A stretch of DNA of 64,000 nucleotides from a virus: positions 1-64,000 of the IMG/VR virus record IMGVR_UViG_3300006175_000009; one strand, given 5' to 3'. A program made the position numbers and the translations under genes. The notes beneath the pieces were generated by a model. That model saw only the letters and a list, made by a program, of their open reading frames with translations, did no database searches and had not been told where the DNA came from. Numbering within the stretch: position 1 is the first letter of the stretch; each line of letters starts with the position of its first letter. Of the stretch, positions 17,739 to 24,982 are shown one piece after another.

Positions 17739-17782
17739 CCATTCTGCTTTGAGACCTTGATTCTAACGGTTGGCAATGACTC

Positions 17783-18007
17783 TCAGGCAGCCTCTTCCAC
17801 GTCCACAACAGTGAGAAGGTCGATGGGGTTGCAGCCAAGCATGTCGGCGATCTTGTTGATCGTAGGCAGTGTGGGGATTCGCTCGCCACGCTCGAAGTAG
17901 GTGGCCGTTCCGTTGGAACCAAGGATGCCTGACACGTTGGCCCGTGTCATTCCACGGCGCTCCCGAATGGCCTTCATGGCCTCACCGTTAAACTTCAGTT
18001 CCTGCAT
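17783..18007 (-). CDS. XRE-family HTH regulator
   Basis: IRERRGMTR..V...L......ERGERIP......IADMLGC. Confidence 0.85.
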   Translation of the reverse strand: MQELKFNGEAMKAIRERRGMTRANVSGILGSNGTATYFERGERIPTLPTINKIADMLGCNPIDLLTVVDVEEAA

Positions 18008-18128
18008 CTCGTATGTCCTTTCGCGTGTCCTTGCGAGACACAGTTAAGCACATACGTAGGAGTCCAGTCAAGTGTGCTCTTTGGGCAAAAAGAAGGCCCT
18101 CCCAGGACGAGGATACCAGGAGGGCCGG

Positions 18129-18203
18129 TCGCTCAGGTTGGTCTCGAACCAACGCATCTCCCCGTTATGAGCGGGGTGCCTTAACCAGCTTGGCCACTGA
18201 GCG
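18129..18203 (-). tRNA. tRNA-Met(CAT) (elongator-type; Ile2 not excluded)
   Basis: Canonical cloverleaf CGCTCAG/CTGAGCG, anticodon loop CT-CAT-AA. Confidence 0.85.
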
Positions 18204-18208
18204 AAGAG

Positions 18209-18287
18209 AGCGAACAGACGGAGTCGAACCGTGATCCACCTGGGTTGCAGCCAGGCCCCAGTTGCCCACTGAGTTAGGACTATCCGC
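18209..18287 (-). tRNA. tRNA-Cys(GCA), 8/4 acceptor/T-stem fold
   Basis: GCGGATAG/CTGTTCGC-U73, anticodon arm CCTGG-CTGCAAC-CCAGG, T-stem ACGG/CCGT. Confidence 0.65.
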
Positions 18288-18333
18288 AGAGCTGGGGAAG
18301 GCGGCTCGCCAGCCGTGCGTCCCTTACCCCAAC

Positions 18334-18413
18334 GTGGAGAATCTGGGAGTCGAACCCAGCTCCTGGAGCTTCCCTCGTGGGGCTTTGACTCCAGTCGAAA
18401 CCAACTATTCCCC
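18334..18413 (-). ncRNA. mini-tmRNA: tRNA-like domain only, no tag ORF
   Basis: GGGGAAT-AGTTGG-TTTCGAC start, G3.U70/A73 acceptor, short P2 CTGGAG/CTCCAG, GA-G-CTGGG-TTCGACT-CCCAG. Confidence 0.75.
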
Positions 18414-18472
18414 ATACCAGACACCTCTCGGGAAATCTCAAGGAGGTGGGCTTTTACTGTCTGATTGCCGCG

Positions 18473-18545
18473 AGCCCCCGACAGGATTCGAACCTGCGTC
18501 ACCGACTTACAAGGACGGTGCTAAACCAGCCTCAGCTACAGGGGC
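18473..18545 (-). tRNA. tRNA-Thr(TGT)
   Basis: Canonical cloverleaf, loop CT-TGT-AA. Confidence 0.85.
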
Positions 18546-18678
18546 AGCATGCCAGTTTGTTTTGTCAAGCGAAGCTGACACTCTCCGCCTTGGAAGACAC
18601 GACCTGACCTACACCCGCGTTAGCGGTTAACAGGTAGTAATTGTAGCCGCAGATCATTACGACTTCATAGCGTGCCCG

Positions 18679-18746
18679 TGGACCCACGGAGAATCGAACT
18701 CCGCTGGAGTGCCTTGCAAAGGCTCCCTGTCACCTTGACCAGGCCC
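18679..18746 (-). tRNA. tRNA-Ala(TGC) with shortened D-arm
   Basis: G3.U70, A73, loop TT-TGC-AA, D hairpin GTCA-AGG-TGAC. Confidence 0.65.
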
Positions 18747-18818
18747 AAAAAGCATCATAACCGGAACAGCTTGTCCACCGGTAGTGCCTCCCCATGAATC
18801 GAGGTCTTTGATGCTACG

Positions 18819-18901
18819 TACCGAAGGTGGGACTCGAACCCACAATCCCGAAGGCACTAGTTCCTAAGACTAGCGTGTATATCCAGTTCCACCACTCCGG
18901 C
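18819..18901 (-). tRNA. tRNA-Leu(TAG)
   Basis: Canonical class II cloverleaf, CTAGT-CTTAGGA-ACTAG, variable arm. Confidence 0.9.
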
Positions 18902-18917
18902 ATGTTCAGTTGTTGCG

Positions 18918-19012
18918 TGATCCGAGCAGGAATCGAACCTGCGTTACCCAGCCATCCTAAGCCTCAAGCCTAGGCATCAATCCGGGCGGCTTTCCATTTA
19001 GCCTATCAGACC
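18918..19012 (-). tRNA. tRNA-like RNA with extended anticodon arm
   Basis: Normal acceptor, D and T arms; anticodon stem CCCGG/CTGGG encloses an extra hairpin CCTAGGC-TTGAG-GCTTAGG. Confidence 0.6.
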
Positions 19013-19015
19013 AAG

Positions 19016-19084
19016 GGAGACGCAGACGCGGGGGGAGGATCTACGTCTCCACTAGAACCAGGTGGGGGGGCCCTGTGTTCGTGG
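19016..19084 (-). ncRNA. 6C RNA-like
   Basis: Two adjacent hairpins with loops GCCCCCCCA and TCCTCCCCCCGCG, starting at the predicted TSS. Confidence 0.75.
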
Positions 19085-19088
19085 TACT

Positions 19089-19119
19089 AGCTTAGCACAG
19101 TCCATAGCCCCCTCGTCAA
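19089..19119 (-). promoter_or_regulatory. promoter of RNA operon 2
   Basis: TTGACG-N19-TAAGCT. Confidence 0.65.
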
Positions 19120-19126
19120 GCCAGAA

Positions 19127-20074
19127 TCAGTGTCGAGTGAAGTTTTGTGCGAAGCCCAGCTCAGCGAGGTTGCTCAGCTCCTCCTGGTCCCCGTACTTCC
19201 GGCCTCGAAGGCAAGCCTCGGTGAAGGAGCACATGTACTTGCAGGTGTCTTCCTTCGGAGTGCGCTCGTGCCGGTTGTCGAGTCCGTAAGCCTTCAGGAC
19301 GGTCGCTGTGGCCTCGCGTGCGATGGTGTCCAGCTCGGAGGGCATCCGGTCCATGTAAGTGCGGGAGAAGCGCTCTTCGGGGGACTGCATCTTTGGCCGG
19401 ACGCCAGCTCGTTCGCCAGCTTCCTTTCGAACTTCCCAGCGCTCGATCTCGCCAGGAATGTCGCCCTTGTTCATCTTGGTCTTGACGGCATTATGAACAG
19501 CCATGAAAGACGGGTTGCCCAGTTCCCGTAGGGCCCACAGGTAAAGGCTGAACTGGTCGCTCAGGGCGTAGTCCTGCTCCTTCGGAAGAGTGGAACAGGT
19601 CTTATGGTCAAGTACGAGAAGGCGGTTCTTCTCATCGCGGACGATCAGGTCGATGGAGCCCTTGAGGATGATCTCCCGCTGTCCTTCGAAAAGGGTCGGG
19701 AGGGGGACTCGGAACTTGTGTTCGACGGCTCGGATGTTCCAGAGGGAATCTCCGTAGTAGCGCTCGTGATAGCCTTCGAACATCCAACGGACAATAGCCA
19801 CAGCCTCCTCATCCGAGTCCGACTGTACTGGTACTGAGTCGAGTACATGATGAGCTGCCTTCACGCATTCCGCGAGAGGCTTTCCCTCCATTCGACCCAG
19901 ATAGTACTGCTCGACAACGGCATGGAAAAGGGTGCCCTTGCCCAGAGCTGTGTTCAGGTTGTTCTTCTTGGACCACCGCATCTTGTACTCAAGCATGTGC
20001 TTGTGAGGGCACGTGCGGTAGCTGTTGATCTCGGACCACGAGACAACTAGGGGCTCTGGGTTAGGGCTGGACAT
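19127..20074 (-). CDS. Cas4-like / RecB-family PD-(D/E)XK exonuclease
   Basis: SWSEI..Y..CP, GTLFH, GSIDL, DHKT, Q...Y; C-terminal CKYMC....AC (Fe-S-type Cys arrangement). Confidence 0.85.
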   Translation of the reverse strand: MSSPNPEPLVVSWSEINSYRTCPHKHMLEYKMRWSKKNNLNTALGKGTLFHAVVEQYYLGRMEGKPLAECVKAAHHVLDSVPVQSDSDEEAVAIVRWMFEGYHERYYGDSLWNIRAVEHKFRVPLPTLFEGQREIILKGSIDLIVRDEKNRLLVLDHKTCSTLPKEQDYALSDQFSLYLWALRELGNPSFMAVHNAVKTKMNKGDIPGEIERWEVRKEAGERAGVRPKMQSPEERFSRTYMDRMPSELDTIAREATATVLKAYGLDNRHERTPKEDTCKYMCSFTEACLRGRKYGDQEELSNLAELGFAQNFTRH

Positions 20075-20116
20075 GATCCCAGTTTACCATGAGACCATGC
20101 CCAGCGCGCAACATCC

Positions 20117-20553
20117 CTACTGCTCCGGGTCGAACACCTGGATCTCGAAACCGTAGCCGTAGTAGAACGGGTTCCCGCAGGACCAGTTCACGGTCAGTTC
20201 CAGCACGTCACCCATGTCGGCGTAGATGTGCCAGGTGGTGTATCCGTCCGTGGTTCCCACGCCCATGATGATGTGGTCCACCATCTCCGGGTGCAGCAGG
20301 AAGGCTTCCAGGTCCGTGTAGGCGCAGCAGTCCCCCTGTCCTACTAGGAAGACCTGCTTCCCGTTGTCCAGGGTGATCTTCGGAGCGCGTGCCGATCGCC
20401 ACCACTCGTCCTCGTTGTACCCCGGAAGCAGGGCGTTCTTCTCAACGCTGACGATCTTGTGGCCGACGATCGCCTCTTCCAGCTTGGTCTTGCTCTCGAC
20501 CATCGTGCCGTCGTCGTCGTCACCGTCGAGGATCTCAGTCTTGTAGTGCATGA
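20117..20553 (-). CDS. conserved actinophage hypothetical protein
   Basis: ATG after GGAGGG; DCCAY and GNPFYYGYGF motifs. Confidence 0.65.
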
Positions 20554-20595
20554 TGTTCCCTCCGTGTCGTTGTACCAACACCCTATCAGATGTTG

Positions 20596-21277
20596 TCAGG
20601 ATTGCCAACCCATCTTGCGCTCGCACTCAGGACCGATGTAGCGCTCCGAGCCGTCCTTGGCCTTGATGGTCGGGTTGAGCTGAGTGCCACACCGGACACA
20701 TGAGTGGGTCTCCTGGCCGAACTTCTTGGCCTGCTCGCGGGTGAGCTTGTGGTGCTTGCGGATCTTGTTGATACTGCCAGGGGCAGGCATGAACTTGTGG
20801 GTACGGACACCGTTGGAGATGTGCTCCGGGTGGGTCAGGGCCGTGAGAAGCATGGCGTAGAGGTAACCCCGCTCCGACCGGCGAACCTTGTAGATCGCGT
20901 CACTGATCATGTACAGACCTTCTTCGATCCCGATGGGGCTCTGGACGAGCGTCCGCAGTCGGTCGATCTCAGTGCTGGCGGACTTGCGGTTGAGCTTGGT
21001 CAGATCCAGAATCTCGCCAGTGGTGTCGATCAGTTCTTCCAGAAGGCGGATCTGGGCTTCGGTGGGCTCCAGAGCCTTCGCCTCGCGGGCACGCTCGATA
21101 CCCGTCTTGTTGCCGAGCGCCTTGGTGAGGAGGCCCGACGCCTGTCCCTTGGTCATGCTCTGAATGTCACTCTCGGAGGCCAGGCCCATCTTGCGGATGG
21201 TCTTGATCTGGGCGACCGTGGCAGCGTCATCCTGCCAATTACGGGAAGATGCGCCCAGGATGCTCTGGTTCGACATG
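20596..21277 (-). CDS. hypothetical protein with C-terminal DUF6011-like Zn finger
   Basis: AT.AQ repeats; CVRCG..L ... IGPEC. Confidence 0.65.
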
Positions 21278-21287
21278 GGGGTTCCTT

Positions 21288-21490
21288 TCAGGAGAGGTCC
21301 GCGTAGCAAGCGGTACCACTGTAGTAGGTCTGGCTCACCGGTTCAAGCCATGGCTCGGGGTCGAACTTCCTGCGAGGAGAGTAGAGCACCTGCTCGTCGG
21401 TCTCCCACAGCTTGACCACCTCACCACGTCTGCGAGCCTCCTTGAGCTGCTGGCTCGCCTTGTTCTTGTCGGTGGGCTTCTTGCTGTTCA
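21288..21490 (-). CDS. hypothetical protein
   Basis: ATG just downstream of TTGACA-N17-TACAGT promoter (probably leaderless). Confidence 0.55.
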
Positions 21491-21634
21491 TGGTCGTAAC
21501 TGTAGAGCCTCCTGGGTTGCCTGTCAAGCAAAGAACCTCTCGCCGGGGGAGTTGGCAAGAGGTTCTAAGGGAGGTGCTGATGGAGGGGTTGGTCCATCGG
21601 AAGACTCCAAGTATTCAGTTGGGGAAGGGTGGAA

Positions 21635-21913
21635 CTAGGCGGTACGGCGCTCCCTGTTGACCTCCTGGTCGCGAGCCAGATCCTCATCCGAGATGTGGAA
21701 GACGTTGTCGCGGAGGTACTTGCCGAACTCCTTGGGGGTCTTGGAGAAGGCATCGAGAGCTTCGATGGGGTTAAGGCTGTAGACCTTAACGATCCGGTTG
21801 AACAGTTCACGACCAGGCATCCGGGTTCCGGAGCGGAGTCGCGAGGCGGTGGTGAAGTGGCACTCGACAGCGGCGGCGAAGCTGTAGAGCGTGACACGTG
21901 GATGATTCGTCAT
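21635..21913 (-). CDS. HTH-like DNA-binding protein
   Basis: FAAAVECHFTTASRLRSGTRMP resembles an XRE recognition helix. Confidence 0.6.
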   Translation of the reverse strand: MTNHPRVTLYSFAAAVECHFTTASRLRSGTRMPGRELFNRIVKVYSLNPIEALDAFSKTPKEFGKYLRDNVFHISDEDLARDQEVNRERRTA

Positions 21914-22127
21914 GGTAGTAGGCTATCAGTTGGGTTGACTGTGTGTCTAGTTTAGGTGTAGAGGATCGTAGTTCGTAGACAATTCAACGAGGTTCTGGGT
22001 GTGAAAAAGGGGTTCACCAGACAGGTTCAGATGGTTCAGGTTGCCCCGAACTCTCCGTTCCGATCTTGGTGAACCCCCAGGTCACCGCCGGTTCATGCCC
22101 GGCTAGAACCCCCGAACTAGCCCTGAA

Positions 22128-22427
22128 CTACTTAGCCCCGACTGCCTGCCAGATGAGAGCCGCAGTACCTGCCACACCTGCCAGGATGGTCAAGACAGAA
22201 TGTGGCATACGGCGCTCTTCCAGCGAGCGGATTCGAGCCTCGAAATCTGGGAGACGCTCGGCAAGCCGGTGACGCTCTAGATCGCGTAGGCGCGGCTCCA
22301 GGTCGGACATGCCCGACAGGCGGGCCTCGATCCTCTGAAGCGCGTCATGAATAGTGCGAACCTCCGCATATACCTGGCTCAGGTCGATCTGAACGACCGG
22401 CTGCTGAGCGCTTTGCTGGTTAGTCAC
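22128..22427 (-). CDS. lysis-module membrane protein (coiled coil + C-terminal TM)
   Basis: R.R.LE repeats, C-terminal hydrophobic helix; follows endolysin. Confidence 0.6.
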   Translation of the reverse strand: MTNQQSAQQPVVQIDLSQVYAEVRTIHDALQRIEARLSGMSDLEPRLRDLERHRLAERLPDFEARIRSLEERRMPHSVLTILAGVAGTAALIWQAVGAK

Positions 22428-22463
22428 GGGTGGCTCTCCTTTAGGTAGTTCGGGGAGTCCCTA

Positions 22464-23468
22464 CTAGGGAGCCATCCATGTCATGAGCCAGGTGATCGGA
22501 CCAACGATCCCATCGACCTGGAGTCCGTGACGCTGCTGGAACTCACGGGTCAGTTCCTGGCAGTGAGGGCCGAAGTAGCCATCGACACCGTTCACAGCCC
22601 ACGTACGGTCAGTCATCTTCTGCTGCCAGGTGACAGCCGCAGAATCCTTTCCGTGGTAGGTTCCAGTCCACTGGAGGGTGTGCTGGAAGGCAGGAACGTT
22701 GCCGGTCCAGAGCAGCTTGCGCATGCTGGTCGGGCCAGGGACACCGTCAGCGTCTCCGCCCGAGTAGCCGAGCTTCTGCTGCCACGCCTGGTAGGCTGCG
22801 GTGGTGTGGTCGCCCCACTGGCCGTCAACGCCCTGAGGGTCACAGCCCTGGTTGGCCAGAAGCTGCTGGGCCTGGGAGACCTGCGCGCCAGAAGCCCCGT
22901 AGCCGTAGTCCTGACCGTCGATGGTCACTCGCTGCCGTGGGAGGGACGGCGCAGGTGTCGGGTCTGGAGTGGGCTGTGGCTGACCGCCCGATGGACGTGG
23001 CATGCCAGCCTGAACCCAGGCGTACAGCTTCTCGCCGGGGCAGTCGGTGTTGAAGCCGTCTCGGTGGCCGTGCTTGGAGAGCGTGCGACCAGTCCGTGAA
23101 CAGGCGAGGTCGTACAGGTCATCGCAGGCCGACAGCGCGGCATCCGATGGGTCCTGGTCTCCACCGATGGCGATCTGCACACCGAAGGCGGAACGGTTGT
23201 GGTTCGGGCAGTGGGCACCCTGGAGGTCCCAGCCGCGACCCTCGAAGACGTTTCCGTCCTGATCGACTACGAAGTGGTAGCCGATTCCAGCCCAGCCGTT
23301 CCCCTTGTGCTCAGCGTCGATGCGCTGAGGAACCTGGTTGCCGGTGATGTTGATGTGGGAGCCTCCGTCGTAGTGGACGTAGAACTCCGTGCGCTCACTC
23401 AGGTCAACGTGGTTCGGAGAGCCATCCCACCCTGTGAAGCCCCAATCGGAGCGGGAGATGATGTTCAT
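22464..23468 (-). CDS. endolysin: N-acetylmuramoyl-L-alanine amidase + two peptidoglycan-binding domains
   Basis: ISRSDWG, VHY, GWAGIGYHFVV, EGRGW..GAHC, GHRD..TDCPG; DGQWG..T, FQ..HGL.VDGIVGP.TW. Confidence 0.92.
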   Translation of the reverse strand: MNIISRSDWGFTGWDGSPNHVDLSERTEFYVHYDGGSHINITGNQVPQRIDAEHKGNGWAGIGYHFVVDQDGNVFEGRGWDLQGAHCPNHNRSAFGVQIAIGGDQDPSDAALSACDDLYDLACSRTGRTLSKHGHRDGFNTDCPGEKLYAWVQAGMPRPSGGQPQPTPDPTPAPSLPRQRVTIDGQDYGYGASGAQVSQAQQLLANQGCDPQGVDGQWGDHTTAAYQAWQQKLGYSGGDADGVPGPTSMRKLLWTGNVPAFQHTLQWTGTYHGKDSAAVTWQQKMTDRTWAVNGVDGYFGPHCQELTREFQQRHGLQVDGIVGPITWLMTWMAP

Positions 23469-23573
23469 TGAAACCTCTTTCTCTACGGGTCAAGATTAGA
23501 CCGTTTTGATAACTGACGGTAGTCGGTGGGGGGTGTCAGTTTTCTGCCAGGCAGGCATATGTCGCACTCTTGA

Positions 23574-23942
23574 CTAGATGAGCTTCGCTGGCACGAGGGC
23601 GTTGGTGTCGTGGTGGTAGACAGCGCAGAGGCGGTGGAACCCGTCAGCGATGACCAGCTTGTCGGCACGGATCAGCAGGACGGGGCTCAGGGCCTCGCCC
23701 TTCTTGATCTTCTCCAGATCCTTGGCCACGTGAGGGTCGGTGGCTGGCAGGACGCGAAGCTCGGAAGCCCGAAGAATGTCCTTCGCCTTCTTCTTGACCG
23801 GGTCCACGTTCTCCAGGGCCTCGATCACCTGGTCAACGGCCTCGTCTGGAATGGCCAGAAGGCCCAGGTAGTCCTTGGCCGCCGGGTAGTCGTGGGCCTC
23901 GGGAGCGTCGAGCCACTTGATCTCGGAGGGGGAGTGTGTCAT
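23574..23942 (-). CDS. small ParB/Srx-like domain protein
   Basis: LSPVLL...VIADGFHRL motif. Confidence 0.55.
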   Translation of the reverse strand: MTHSPSEIKWLDAPEAHDYPAAKDYLGLLAIPDEAVDQVIEALENVDPVKKKAKDILRASELRVLPATDPHVAKDLEKIKKGEALSPVLLIRADKLVIADGFHRLCAVYHHDTNALVPAKLI

Positions 23943-23945
23943 GTC

Positions 23946-24143
23946 CTACTTCCAGTGAGTGAGAGTGAGATAGAGGTTGACCAGCATGGTCAGTGCGCTG
24001 ACTGCGGAAAGGGTGAACTGAAAGGACGTGTGCTTCCGAACCAGTTCCGCTTCCTTGGCGGCCTTGATGGCTTCCTGGGCTTCCCGCCAGGATTCCAGCT
24101 TATCCAGCCTGTGTTCCAGGCTCGTGAGGTCGTCCGCAGCCAT
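23946..24143 (-). CDS. small coiled-coil/TM protein
   Basis: Coupled ORF with C-terminal hydrophobic helix. Confidence 0.55.
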   Translation of the reverse strand: MAADDLTSLEHRLDKLESWREAQEAIKAAKEAELVRKHTSFQFTLSAVSALTMLVNLYLTLTHWK

Positions 24144-24595
24144 TAGTCGATCAGGTGCTTCACGAAGTGCTGACCCTCGAAGTCGGAAGCCGATGCTACG
24201 TGAGCGCCTCCGTGCCCCCGATGGTGGAACTGGCAGAGGAACACAAGGTTTTCGTCAGACTCGATCCAGTGACCCAGTTCGTTTGCGTCTGTGATCTCCG
24301 GGTACTGGTGGCGAACCATTTCGAGATCGACTTCGTTTTGGAGAGCCCACTCGATGTGCGCGTGGTGCAGCTCCAGCGGCTTGTCCAGGGTGCAGTCGGA
24401 CATGTCGCCACGGCGCTTTCCGACAGCGCAGACGTACAGTGAGGGGTCCTTCTTCGCGCGCTTGCGGAAGTGCTCGAACTCCTTGTAGTACGGGTCTTCC
24501 TCTCGGGTTCCGTGCTCAGGGAAGTGCACGTTGTAGTGAGAGGAGTGAGGCTGCTCGTGAGCGGCTGTGACGTGGCCTGGCGTGCTGTTAGTCAT
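24143..24595 (-). CDS. HNH-like His/Cys-rich protein
   Basis: CAVG...C..LELHH ... NLVFLCQFHHRG. Confidence 0.55.
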   Translation of the reverse strand: MTNSTPGHVTAAHEQPHSSHYNVHFPEHGTREEDPYYKEFEHFRKRAKKDPSLYVCAVGKRRGDMSDCTLDKPLELHHAHIEWALQNEVDLEMVRHQYPEITDANELGHWIESDENLVFLCQFHHRGHGGAHVASASDFEGQHFVKHLID

Positions 24596-24962
24596 TGGAC
24601 CCCTTCGAGTATGACGGGTGGAGCATGATGGACTCGATCCGGTCGAGCTTGTTAGCGATGTACGTCAGAGCCTCATGGTCGGCATCTGCCTTGGCCGTGG
24701 ACTTGACGTCAAGCTCGTTCTGGCGTCGCTGGAGAGCGGGGAGTGCCCACCACTGAATCCAGTTGCCGGACAGAACCATCAGGCCAGCCCTGGCCCAAGC
24801 TGGCATTGGGAGGATGACCAGAGGGGCGATCATGGCTGTGTAGAACATGACTGGAGAGGCCAGAACCTTGTCGGCAACCCAGGACATGAAGCGGTCAGAC
24901 TTCTCTTCCAGCGAGTGGAATGGATGCTTGACCGCGTCGTGCGTGCGAAGGAGGTTTGACAT
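24588..24962 (-). CDS. DUF1003-like membrane protein
   Basis: Two TM helices, IQWWALPAL..Q, A.ADH pattern. Confidence 0.5.
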   Translation of the reverse strand: MSNLLRTHDAVKHPFHSLEEKSDRFMSWVADKVLASPVMFYTAMIAPLVILPMPAWARAGLMVLSGNWIQWWALPALQRRQNELDVKSTAKADADHEALTYIANKLDRIESIMLHPSYSKGSND

Positions 24963-24982
24963 ATGACTCCAAGTCTAGCGTA

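Noticed and set aside
17783-18007. Lysogeny module
   Set aside because: No integrase, attP or ParA in the window; a lone XRE gene is insufficient, so lifestyle is undetermined
18013-18857. Short ORFs across the RNA clusters (also 11666-12186)
   Set aside because: They overlap clear tRNA/ncRNA structures and lack RBS and codon bias
19127-20074. Cas4-like gene as evidence of a CRISPR-Cas system
   Set aside because: No other cas genes and no repeat-spacer array anywhere; solo Cas4/RecB nucleases are common in actinophages
22085-22105. LexA/SOS boxes among the GAAC/GTTC repeats (21965-22130)
   Set aside because: No proper CGAAC-N4-GTTCG spacing found; the nearest case (22047-22061) has N5
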